A stretch of 18,562 bases of DNA from a candidate division WOR-3 bacterium (lineage in GTDB: Bacteria; Hydrothermota; Hydrothermia; LBFQ01), in assembly GCA_015490465.1 (NCBI GenBank), contig WFXS01000105.1, positions 1 through 18,562 of the forward strand, given 5' to 3'. Each line of letters begins with the position of its first letter. Positions within the stretch are counted from its first letter, which is position 1. Positions 1 through 7,424 of this stretch are shown one piece after another. A program made the position numbers and the translations under genes. The notes under the pieces were generated by a model. It did not search any database and was not told the origin of the DNA. It worked only from the letters and a program-made list of their open reading frames with translations.

Positions 1-1
1 G

Positions 2-430
2 TTCATAGGTATATTCATAGCGATGGTACCTGCCCTTGAGATACTCAGGGCGAAGGGGCCAGCACTCGGTCTTACCGAGCCGTGGCAGTTCTTCTGGGCG
101 ACGGGTATACTCTCTGGCTTCCTTGATAATGCTCCCACTTACCTGACCTTCTTCTCCCTCGCTCAGGGTGTAGCGGAGCAGTCTCCTCATCTTTACGAGG
201 GCGTACGCCATATCGTGGGTGTGCCTGAGAACCTCCTTGTGGCCATATCCATCGGGGCGGTCTTTATGGGAGCCAGCACGTACATCGGGAACGCTCCCAA
301 CTTCCTCGTAAAGAGCATAGCAGACGAGTGGGGTTACAAGACTCCCGACTTCTTCTCCTACATGGTCAAGTACTCCATCCCCATCCTCATCCCCATCTTC
401 ATCGTCGTCACGCTCGTATTCCTGAGATGA
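2..430 (+). CDS. C-terminal part of a polytopic membrane permease, ion-transporter superfamily (ArsB/NhaD/CitMHS-like). 5' end lies outside the window.
   Basis: The open frame runs from the window edge with no stop. The sequence is hydrophobic TM-like (…GNAPNFLV…IPILIPIFIVVTLVF) and the motifs are typical of ArsB/NhaD-type permeases. The stop TGA at 428-430 overlaps the cas6 ATG at 427. Confidence 0.5.
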   Translation, partial: FIGIFIAMVPALEILRAKGPALGLTEPWQFFWATGILSGFLDNAPTYLTFFSLAQGVAEQSPHLYEGVRHIVGVPENLLVAISIGAVFMGASTYIGNAPNFLVKSIADEWGYKTPDFFSYMVKYSIPILIPIFIVVTLVFLR

Positions 431-1104
431 CGTATAATACCTTCGTGAGATTCAGGACGATGTTCGTGGCCGAAGAGCCGGCAACGGTGCCGGAGGACTT
501 TTACTCCGTATTTTCGCACTTTATCGGAGATATCCTGAGGGGTTTTGACCTTGAGGGTGAGCCTTACACCTTCTCTCTGAGGTTGAGTCCGGGCGTCAGG
601 TACACGGAAGGGACCTTTGAGGGTGTCAGGTTTATACTCATGAGGTTCTCCAGCGGGGAGGACGACGTATTCAACGCCGTTATAGACGCCGTAGTGAGGC
701 TTAAGGACAGGTGGGAGGGGATAAGGGTCGGGAGCGGGAACTTCCGTGTGGGCGATATAACCGTGGACCCTCCCGTGAGGATAAAGGGATCTTTCGTAAC
801 GCTCTCCCCTGTGGTCGCTGAGAGTGAAGGGAGGTTCCTCATGCCCGACGACCCCGACTTCGCGCCGGCTCTGGAGGAGTCCGTTAGACGCCGTATGGGA
901 GTGTTGACGGGAAGTAAACCCTCATACCTGACGGTTAAGGTTGAGGAGTACGCTGAGGCCGAGGTACCCTCTCTCCGGGGTAAGGTTAAGGGGTTCGTGG
1001 GACGCATAAAGGTGAGAGCAGATAAGGCAACGCTGAACTTTCTCTACGAGTACGGTATGGGGTCCCGTACGGCGGACGGATTCGGGATGCTGGAGGTGGA
1101 TTAG
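427..1104 (+). CDS. cas6: CRISPR-associated endoribonuclease Cas6 (Pyrococcus furiosus Cas6-like family). The true start may be GTG at 445.
   Basis: The C-terminal glycine-rich loop YGMGSRTADGFGMLEV matches G-x-G-x5-G-x-G, compared with GFGEKNSLGFGMVKV in Pfu Cas6. The GSFVTLSPVVA block matches Pfu GSTFVTLSPIAV. The N-terminus (V/M)RFRTMF…VPED parallels Pfu MRFLIRLVPED. The size (about 220 aa) fits Cas6. Confidence 0.85.
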   Translation: MTYNTFVRFRTMFVAEEPATVPEDFYSVFSHFIGDILRGFDLEGEPYTFSLRLSPGVRYTEGTFEGVRFILMRFSSGEDDVFNAVIDAVVRLKDRWEGIRVGSGNFRVGDITVDPPVRIKGSFVTLSPVVAESEGRFLMPDDPDFAPALEESVRRRMGVLTGSKPSYLTVKVEEYAEAEVPSLRGKVKGFVGRIKVRADKATLNFLYEYGMGSRTADGFGMLEVD

Positions 1105-1149
1105 ACTTCCCGGGGTAGGACACTATGTGGCTGTGAGTGGGGAAACTTA

Positions 1150-1180
1150 CCGTTTCTAACATTTAACGGCGTTTCTTTTT
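1150..1180 (+). terminator. Weak candidate intrinsic terminator or shared hairpin between the convergent cas6 and 130-aa genes.
   Basis: An inverted repeat CCGTT(1150-1154)/AACGG(1165-1169) with a 10-nt loop is followed by GTTTCTTTTT on the plus strand. The stem is only 5 bp, and the T-tract lies inside the coding 3' end of the minus-strand gene. Confidence 0.25.
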
Positions 1181-1555
1181 GGATTTTTGCATCGCATAGG
1201 CTTTTAAAATTTCAAGGACCTTTTCCGAACGCCTTTCAGGTGGAACACCATAAAGATGGGCTTCCAGACACTCATCTTCAGGTAAATCCGTATCCGGCAG
1301 GGCAAAAAGGCGGAGAAAAGCTTCACGAGCCTTCTGTAACCCCTCAGGTGTAAACACAACACTCTTGGCTTTTGTACGCGGATCCTCTATATAGCCAAGT
1401 TCATGCAGACGGTTCAAGGCTTCCCAGGGTAAACTCTTCCACGCCCGGCAGGTTGCCAGAGGAGGCTTTCCATCGTACCACAGGTTGACATAAAGGAGAG
1501 CAAGCACTACTTCGGATACTTTCTCCTCATTATACCACGGTTTCCGATCAGCCAT
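1163..1555 (-). CDS. Hypothetical protein (130 aa) with a Lys/Arg-rich C-terminal tail. No family recognised.
   Basis: A clean ORF sits between lipB and the cas6 3' end. A TAAAAT box at 1562-1567 lies 6 nt upstream of the ATG on the minus strand. Confidence 0.6.
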   Translation of the reverse strand: MADRKPWYNEEKVSEVVLALLYVNLWYDGKPPLATCRAWKSLPWEALNRLHELGYIEDPRTKAKSVVFTPEGLQKAREAFLRLFALPDTDLPEDECLEAHLYGVPPERRSEKVLEILKAYAMQKSKKKRR

Positions 1556-1561
1556 AATTGG

Positions 1562-1567
1562 ATTTTA
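1562..1567 (-). promoter_or_regulatory. -10 box TAAAAT, 6 nt upstream of the 130-aa gene ATG (leaderless-type).
   Basis: The minus strand reads CCTTAAAATCCAATT-ATG. Confidence 0.35.
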
Positions 1568-1577
1568 AGGTTGTACG

Positions 1578-2195
1578 CTAATGGGTCATTCCCCACACTT
1601 CCCTTAAGGCTGATACCACGTTCGGATAGAAGTCACCGGGAGGTACGTGGAGGCCGGTTTCCACCTCAAGGGAGGTCATAACCGACGACGGTAGGCCGCA
1701 GGGGTTTATAAGGGAGAAGTAGGAGAGGTCAACCGTGAGGTTCAGGGCGAAACCGTGCATACTCACCCCCCGCTTCAGGGCGAGACCTATTGAGGCTATC
1801 TTCTTTCCCTTTACCCACACCCCGGCATGCGGTCCTCCCGTGAATTCAAGATTCGCGACCTTCAACAGGGAGCGTTTTATAACCTCCTCTATCCTGCCGA
1901 CGAGTCTCTTAGCGCTATCCGTTCGGACTATAAAGTAGCCCACCAGTTGCCCCGGCCCGTGAAAGGTCGCATCCCCTCCCCGGTCCACCTCAAAGACCTC
2001 AACTCCCCGCTCCCGGAGTACCTCCGGTGGTAAGAGGAGGTTCTCCCTCTTCGCCGACTTACCGAGCGTAATAACCGGTGGATGTTCCAGAAGTAGAACC
2101 CTGTCCTCTCCCCCTTCAACTACTTCTCTGTGGATCTTTTTCTGAAGGTCCCACGCTTCACCGTAGGGTACGGTTCCAAGCCATTCAATCCTCAT
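1578..2195 (-). CDS. lipB: Lipoyl(octanoyl) transferase LipB.
   Basis: It carries the RGGDATFHGPGQLVGY motif (LipB signature RGG-x-T-x-HGPGQ). It is about 200 aa and its start overlaps the tadA stop by 4 nt. Confidence 0.9.
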   Translation of the reverse strand: MRIEWLGTVPYGEAWDLQKKIHREVVEGGEDRVLLLEHPPVITLGKSAKRENLLLPPEVLRERGVEVFEVDRGGDATFHGPGQLVGYFIVRTDSAKRLVGRIEEVIKRSLLKVANLEFTGGPHAGVWVKGKKIASIGLALKRGVSMHGFALNLTVDLSYFSLINPCGLPSSVMTSLEVETGLHVPPGDFYPNVVSALREVWGMTH

Positions 2196-2620
2196 CTTCC
2201 GAAGAACTCCCTTAGCAGAGAAACCGTATCCTCTCGCATCTCAAGTTTCCTGACCGTAACTCTGTGGACCATTCGGGTATCCAGAGGTATCTGGTAGAGG
2301 GAGTACGTCCCACCGAATCGGGGGTTCTCCACGATGAAAACGATCTCCTTTAGCCGCCCCAGTACGGTTGCCCCGCTGCACATAACGCAGGGTTCCATAG
2401 TCACGTACAGGGTAGCCCCTTCAAGGTCCCCGGGAGGAACGTCCATCATGGCGAGCAGCTCGGCGTGGTACAGGGGATGTTCACCTGTACGGTTGTGGGC
2501 CTTTGAGAGGAGTTTCCCCCTTTTAACTATGACCGCCCCGACTGGAACCTCCCCCATCCTTAGAGCCTTACGGGCCTCGCATAGGGCGAGGGATATCCAG
2601 AAGAGGTCTTCCTTACTCAC
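2192..2620 (-). CDS. tadA: tRNA-specific adenosine deaminase TadA (CDA-fold zinc deaminase).
   Basis: It carries the HAE (HAELLAMM) and PCxMC (PCVMCSGA) zinc-binding motifs and is about 140 aa. Confidence 0.9.
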   Translation of the reverse strand: MSKEDLFWISLALCEARKALRMGEVPVGAVIVKRGKLLSKAHNRTGEHPLYHAELLAMMDVPPGDLEGATLYVTMEPCVMCSGATVLGRLKEIVFIVENPRFGGTYSLYQIPLDTRMVHRVTVRKLEMREDTVSLLREFFGR

Positions 2621-3605
2621 CCGTCCCGTTTACCTTAACCACCGTGTACTTCCCCACGGGAGCGACACGTACGGACTTGTCGTAGGTTATCCAGTAGAAG
2701 GTATCGTTCTTTATCGTCCCCGTCAGGAACCTCTTGTCCCCGAAGTCCACCCGGTATATGGGTTTGCCGTCTTTGAAGTACCTTATGTCCTTAAGGGTCA
2801 GAACCCACACGGTATCCTTTCCCTTAACCCCGACGGATACGACCCTGTTCATGATCACGGCTCTTCCACCTCCCCTCGGGATGATCTGGGGTTCTCCGAG
2901 CCTCACACCTTTGAGGAGATCGCCGCTCTGGAAGTCGTATATCCACATGGAATCAAGGGCTTCGGAGACTACCACCACCTTTCCGTTGACAGTCAGGATG
3001 TACTTTTTGAAGTTGGGTTTGGAGGCCATCTTTCTAAAGGCGTCGTAGAACTCCTTGAAGCTGGAGAACGTGGGGAAGGCCTTTTCTATATCTCCGGTCC
3101 TGCTACAGACCGTAAACCTTATGGGAGGGGCAGTAGGTTTACCTATGAACTTCCTGTCGTTATTCACCACGAAGGTATACCAGTCCGTGTACACCGTATC
3201 CGGAAGATCCACAGCCGTAACCTCCTCACCGTTCTTTACCTTCACGAGTCGGAAATCCCTCCACCTCCTTCTGCCCTTAACCCTGAACTGCTCAACGAAC
3301 GCCCATACCCCACCCTCCGGATCCGGGTATATGTCCCTGATCACCTGATTGCTGAGGGAATATTCCCACAGCTTCTGACCCACCGGCATTGAAATGGCGA
3401 GTAGCCTTACCTGTCTCGTTCTGCCGCTGGAGAGCAGAACGACCATCTCGTTGGGGCGTTTGTTGTCAAAGACGACCTTGAGGGGAAAGTATCCTCTCAT
3501 GTACTCGGATGGTTCTGGTATGTTGACCAGTTCGCCGGGTCCACCCTGAGGGACGCACCCGGTCATAAGTACAAATATAATTCCCAGCTTTAAAGGGCGG
3601 GGCAT
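2613..3605 (-). CDS. Hypothetical lipoprotein (330 aa), predicted beta-rich.
   Basis: The N-terminus MPRPLKLGIIFVLMTGC is a signal peptide with a lipobox Cys. Its 3' end overlaps the tadA start by 8 nt. A TATAAT at 3613-3618 (minus strand) lies 7 nt upstream of the ATG. Confidence 0.7.
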   Translation of the reverse strand: MPRPLKLGIIFVLMTGCVPQGGPGELVNIPEPSEYMRGYFPLKVVFDNKRPNEMVVLLSSGRTRQVRLLAISMPVGQKLWEYSLSNQVIRDIYPDPEGGVWAFVEQFRVKGRRRWRDFRLVKVKNGEEVTAVDLPDTVYTDWYTFVVNNDRKFIGKPTAPPIRFTVCSRTGDIEKAFPTFSSFKEFYDAFRKMASKPNFKKYILTVNGKVVVVSEALDSMWIYDFQSGDLLKGVRLGEPQIIPRGGGRAVIMNRVVSVGVKGKDTVWVLTLKDIRYFKDGKPIYRVDFGDKRFLTGTIKNDTFYWITYDKSVRVAPVGKYTVVKVNGTGE

Positions 3606-3612
3606 ACTTGAT

Positions 3613-3618
3613 ATTATA
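3613..3618 (-). promoter_or_regulatory. -10 box TATAAT, 7 nt upstream of the lipoprotein ATG.
   Basis: The minus strand reads CTCTATAATATCAAGT-ATG. The hexamer overlaps the mrp stop. Confidence 0.4.
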
Positions 3619-4663
3619 GAGCGGAAAATAAACTTCGTTTTAAGGTTTCCGCCAGTTCAAAGAAGGCCTTCGCACTCGGCGATTCCGGATAGGCGTGGGT
3701 AACCGGTACGCCAGAGTCACCGCTGGTGGAGACGTACTCGTCTATCGGCACCCTTACCAGTACGGGCAGCCCCGTGAGTCTGGATAGCCTTTCCGTTCCC
3801 CCCTCGCCGAAGATATAGTACCGCTTACCACTCTCCGGACATACGAAGTAGGCCATGTTCTCCACTATTCCCAGAACGGGAACCTCCAGCTTGTTGAACC
3901 CCTTTACCGCCCGGAGTACGTCCGCTACGGCCACGATCTGTGGCGTCGTAACAACCACGGCCCCGTCCACCTGATAACCCTGTGCGAGGGAGAGATGGGA
4001 GTCCCCGGTACCCGGAGGTAGATCCACGACGAGGACGTCAAGGTCCCCCCACGCCGTCTGCATAAGGAGCTCCTCGTAAGCCTTATGGAGCATGGCCCCC
4101 CTCCAGAGGATGGGCGTATCTTCCTTGACGAGAACGCCGAAGGTCATGACCTCTATACCGTACTTCTCTATGGGTTTAAAACGCTTTTCGGGGGTAACGT
4201 AAACCCTCTCACCGTCCAGTCCCATGAGTACGGAGACGGATGGGCCGTACACGTCAGCATCAAACAGACCGCTCTTTAGACCCTTCTTTGCGAGAGCCAC
4301 GGCGAGGTTCACGGCGACGGTTGACTTACCCACTCCCCCCTTTCCGCTGGCCACTGCCAGAACCCTCTTAACGCCCGGTATCTTCTTCTTCATCTGGCCT
4401 ACGGGACCGACGTTTACCCGAAGGGAAGGTTTGCTCTCCCTTATCCGGTACCTGACGTCGGGTTTGAATCCGGCCTCTATAAGCCGCTTCTCCACGGCCG
4501 TCTTCAGGGATTCGGCCTGTCCCTTGAAACTCTCCGGAAGGAGGAGTACCACCTCCGCCTTATCTCCCTCCACGGAGATGCTACCGAGAAACCCTGCGCT
4601 CACTATGTCCTTTCCACCTATCGTTATAGTCCTCAGGATATCCAAAGCCTTTCTGGTACTCAT
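3614..4663 (-). CDS. apbC: Mrp/ApbC/NBP35-family Fe-S cluster carrier ATPase with an N-terminal DUF59/MIP18-like domain.
   Basis: The Walker A motif is VASGKGGVGKSTVAVNLA and ParA/Mrp-type motifs are present. The C-terminal segment CPESGKRYYIFGEGG resembles the ApbC CxxC region, but the second Cys is replaced by Ser. Confidence 0.88.
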   Translation of the reverse strand: MSTRKALDILRTITIGGKDIVSAGFLGSISVEGDKAEVVLLLPESFKGQAESLKTAVEKRLIEAGFKPDVRYRIRESKPSLRVNVGPVGQMKKKIPGVKRVLAVASGKGGVGKSTVAVNLAVALAKKGLKSGLFDADVYGPSVSVLMGLDGERVYVTPEKRFKPIEKYGIEVMTFGVLVKEDTPILWRGAMLHKAYEELLMQTAWGDLDVLVVDLPPGTGDSHLSLAQGYQVDGAVVVTTPQIVAVADVLRAVKGFNKLEVPVLGIVENMAYFVCPESGKRYYIFGEGGTERLSRLTGLPVLVRVPIDEYVSTSGDSGVPVTHAYPESPSAKAFFELAETLKRSLFSAL

Positions 4664-4671
4664 GAGCGGGA

Positions 4672-4677
4672 ATTATA
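4672..4677 (-). promoter_or_regulatory. -10 box TATAAT, 8 nt upstream of the mrp ATG.
   Basis: The minus strand reads GCGTATAATTCCCGCTC-ATG. There is no SD. Confidence 0.4.
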
Positions 4678-4694
4678 CGCCGGCTAAGACGGGG

Positions 4695-5351
4695 TTAAAC
4701 TATACCTTCCGGTGGAAGTATCAGGAGGTCCCTCACCCACGCCCTACTGTTGTACGCGTTCCACACCGCCTCCGCCACGTCCTCCGGTCTCATCATCTTC
4801 TCCTTCTTAGGAACGTAGGCAAGCCCATCCCACAGGTCCGTGTCCACGGCTCCGGGCATTATCGTCGTCACCTTTAACCTGCCCTTGACCTCCTCACCCA
4901 GAGCCTGAGCGAACCCGTATACACCGAACTTGGTGGCACAGTAGAGCGCCCAACCCGGAAACGCCCTGACCGAGGCTATTGACCCCATAACGAAGATGTG
5001 TCCCCCCTCCCTCATGTGGGGAAGGGCAGCCTTTACGGTATGGAAGACTCCGGTGAGGTTAACGTCAACGACCTCTCTCCACTTCTCCAGGGGCGTATCC
5101 TTGATGGGTGCCACGTAGGCCAGACCGGCGTTGGCAACCAATACGTCAATACCACCCGCTCTTTCAACCACTAAGTTAACCGCCCTCTCAAGGGCGTCGT
5201 AATCGCGGACGTCGGCCTTTACGTAGTTGAACTCCGGGAAGCTTTCCCTGCGCCCGGTTATGAAGACCTCAAAGCCCTCCCTCGCGAACCTCCTCGCTAT
5301 GGCGTAACCTATGCCCTTCGTACCTCCGGTTACGAGGATGCTCTTTCGCAT
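4695..5351 (-). CDS. Short-chain dehydrogenase/reductase (SDR) family oxidoreductase.
   Basis: It carries TGGTKGIGYAIA (TGxxxGxG), a NAG motif and a YxxxK-type catalytic region, and is about 218 aa. Confidence 0.85.
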   Translation of the reverse strand: MRKSILVTGGTKGIGYAIARRFAREGFEVFITGRRESFPEFNYVKADVRDYDALERAVNLVVERAGGIDVLVANAGLAYVAPIKDTPLEKWREVVDVNLTGVFHTVKAALPHMREGGHIFVMGSIASVRAFPGWALYCATKFGVYGFAQALGEEVKGRLKVTTIMPGAVDTDLWDGLAYVPKKEKMMRPEDVAEAVWNAYNSRAWVRDLLILPPEGIV

Positions 5352-5357
5352 ACCTGA

Positions 5358-5363
5358 ATTCTA
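5358..5363 (-). promoter_or_regulatory. -10 box TAGAAT, 6 nt upstream of the SDR ATG (divergent promoter region).
   Basis: The minus strand reads GTACGTAGAATTCAGGT-ATG. The intergenic region is 37 bp. Confidence 0.35.
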
Positions 5364-5373
5364 CGTACGACCT

Positions 5374-5379
5374 TAAAAT
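5374..5379 (+). promoter_or_regulatory. -10 box TAAAAT, 9 nt upstream of the ATG at 5389.
   Basis: The plus strand reads CCTTAAAATCGCATCCAG-ATG. Confidence 0.35.
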
Positions 5380-5388
5380 CGCATCCAG

Positions 5389-6357
5389 ATGGAAACTTAC
5401 GACGTCCTCGTAGCTTCGTACGTGTACTTTTTGTTCCACACCTTTAATCCTGACCTGATTGAGGAGGATGAGGTGAGGGATACCCTGAAGGGCATACTTG
5501 AGACCCACGGACTCTCCTTCAGGAAGCGCAGGTGGAGGGATATGATGATGGAGCTCCTCAAGTACGAAAGACGACTGCGGCGTATTCTCAGGTCGCTTGA
5601 GGATAAGGAGAAGAGAGAGGTGGTGACGATATGGCACATCCTTACTCTCATCCTAATAGGTGTAACCTACGTGCGAGAAGAGTATTGGGAGGAAGCCCTA
5701 AAGGTGCTGAAAAAGGCGCGCCGCATGGCCCTGAGCATGGAGTACGTGGAGCCTTACGTGTTAACCCTCGCGTTACAATCGGCCGTTCTCTACAGGCTCA
5801 ACAGGAATACGAAGAGGCTATTGGAGGAGATGGACGCTTATCTGGACGAAGTTGACGATATGCACCTTATGGCCACCCTCCTTGAAGGTCTCGCATACCT
5901 ATCGGCCGACCTTTCCTCCGATCAGGCCTTCGCCTATACGGTTGAGTACGCCCTGACGATACGGGAGGCCGACGAGGAAGACGCCGCCTTTTACTTTGAA
6001 AGGATAAACGAGTTAATGGAGACGGTCATTACGCGCCTCCTGTACGAGATGAGGGCGGGTAAGGTGTTGGGCGAGGAGGTGGAATGGGCCGAAAGGGCTA
6101 ATACCCTGTTTGACTGGATGGAGAAGGCTCTGGAGGATGAGTCCATAAACACGTCCGTAATGAACCTGTACGTGAAGTTCCTCCAATACGCTACTCTCAG
6201 GTTCAACCGCTCAAAGGCGGATCCGTTAAACCTCGGTCAGAGGTTGAAGCGCACGGATATCAAACTCCGGAAGATACTGGGGAACCTGTTGTTCAAGATA
6301 AAGATGGGTGGAAAGGACGACGAGGAAGGGCAGTACGACGACATCCTCAAGGCCTGA
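5389..6357 (+). CDS. Hypothetical protein (322 aa). It is highly charged and predicted all-alpha. No family recognised.
   Basis: A long ORF with coherent codon usage shares a leaderless-type promoter region with the divergent SDR gene. Confidence 0.6.
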   Translation: METYDVLVASYVYFLFHTFNPDLIEEDEVRDTLKGILETHGLSFRKRRWRDMMMELLKYERRLRRILRSLEDKEKREVVTIWHILTLILIGVTYVREEYWEEALKVLKKARRMALSMEYVEPYVLTLALQSAVLYRLNRNTKRLLEEMDAYLDEVDDMHLMATLLEGLAYLSADLSSDQAFAYTVEYALTIREADEEDAAFYFERINELMETVITRLLYEMRAGKVLGEEVEWAERANTLFDWMEKALEDESINTSVMNLYVKFLQYATLRFNRSKADPLNLGQRLKRTDIKLRKILGNLLFKIKMGGKDDEEGQYDDILKA

Positions 6358-6395
6358 GGCCTACAAAGGCGCGGCAACGACTCCCCGTTTAACTT

Positions 6396-6401
6396 TAAAA
6401 T
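6396..6401 (+). promoter_or_regulatory. -10 box TAAAAT, 9 nt upstream of the ATG at 6411.
   Basis: The plus strand reads CTTTAAAATACAGGTGTT-ATG. Confidence 0.35.
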
Positions 6402-6410
6402 ACAGGTGTT

Positions 6411-7424
6411 ATGATCTGGATGGTCGGTTTCGTTGATGTGGGCGTATTCCTGATGAAGGGATGGCCGGCCGTCCATTCAAGGGGCGGCGGGAGGTTCACC
6501 GTTTCCCCTTTCTCCCTCTCCGGAACCTTTGGCCTTACGGAGGGAAACGTATACCGGTTCCGGGTCGGGCCGGATACGGCTGTGGGCGGAGAACTGGGTA
6601 CGGGCTTTATAAGGGATTCGGTTTCCCTTGTGATCTCCTACTCCGGATCTATCGGGAGGTGTACCGTTTCGGGTGTGGAGATGGTACAGTTCGTTTCACT
6701 GACGAAGACTCAGAGGACTCCACCTTCGGACACTCTGGATACCACCCTCACCTACTTTGACGGCACCTACTACACGGACTGGAGGACGGATCCTTACCGG
6801 ATCCTGAAGGTGGGGGCGACAGTCGGAGACACCTATCAGGCGTGGGATACGTGCGCCGTACCCCTAAACACGAAGTTCCCCCTCGGTGACGTGGACGGGG
6901 ACGGGGTCTCCGATACGGGGATAATATACGGTGCGACTGCTAATCTCCTATCCCGTACGGTTGCCAGCCTTACGGTTCCGGTCAACGGCTCACCCCGGAC
7001 CTTCACCGGAGAACTTTACGAGGTCGGGATAAACTTCTTCGCCAACGTCATCCTCACCAACCCCAACGCCCCACCCCTCAACGCCGACCTTGACAGCCTG
7101 AGGGTACACCGTTACTGGAGGTACAGGATATTTGACAGCCTGTACGTCATACTCGCTCAGGTGGACAGCCTTCGGGACACCCTGTTCTTCAAACTGGATG
7201 GCGTACCCGGAACCTATCCCACGTCCACCGACACCCCGTACGTGAAGGAACTGGACTCCGTCTTTATGGTGAACGTGTCCATTGAAGAGGCAGCAACTGA
7301 ATCCACTACAAGGATAGTGGCAGTCTACGACGTACAGGGGCGGAAGGTACCCGCCATCTCACGCAGAGGGGTCTACTTCGTAGTGGACGGTAGGGGAAGG
7401 GTAAGGAAGGTAATACGGTATTAG
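6411..7424 (+). CDS. Hypothetical secreted or cell-surface protein. It has a GDVDGDGVSD calcium-binding/FG-GAP-like motif, and its C-terminal beta tail resembles a Por/T9SS-type sorting domain.
   Basis: The hydrophobic N-terminus MIWMVGFVDVGVFLM suggests export. The protein is Thr/Gly/Asp-rich and beta-like. The C-terminus RIVAVYDVQGRKVPAISRRGVYFVVDGRGRVRKVIRY resembles the last strands of T9SS C-terminal domains (…VYDLSGR.V…GVYF.R…K.V..K). Confidence 0.55.
   Translation: MIWMVGFVDVGVFLMKGWPAVHSRGGGRFTVSPFSLSGTFGLTEGNVYRFRVGPDTAVGGELGTGFIRDSVSLVISYSGSIGRCTVSGVEMVQFVSLTKTQRTPPSDTLDTTLTYFDGTYYTDWRTDPYRILKVGATVGDTYQAWDTCAVPLNTKFPLGDVDGDGVSDTGIIYGATANLLSRTVASLTVPVNGSPRTFTGELYEVGINFFANVILTNPNAPPLNADLDSLRVHRYWRYRIFDSLYVILAQVDSLRDTLFFKLDGVPGTYPTSTDTPYVKELDSVFMVNVSIEEAATESTTRIVAVYDVQGRKVPAISRRGVYFVVDGRGRVRKVIRY

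Noticed and set aside
564-1007. Minus-strand 147-aa ORF inside cas6, and similar antisense ORFs inside argF (15660..16160), mrp (4224..4877) and mnmA (7667..8446).
   Set aside because: These are shadow ORFs of confidently identified genes, with no independent signals.
2334-3392. Long plus-strand ORF (352 aa) antisense to the lipoprotein and tadA genes.
   Set aside because: It spans two clearly real minus-strand genes (tadA motifs, lipobox protein). Its low-complexity Pro/Ser/Arg-rich translation is typical of an antisense frame in GC-rich DNA.
6346-6366. GGCCTGAGGCC palindrome after the stop of the 322-aa gene, considered as a terminator.
   Set aside because: A 5-bp stem with a 1-nt loop cannot form a stable hairpin, and no T-tract follows.
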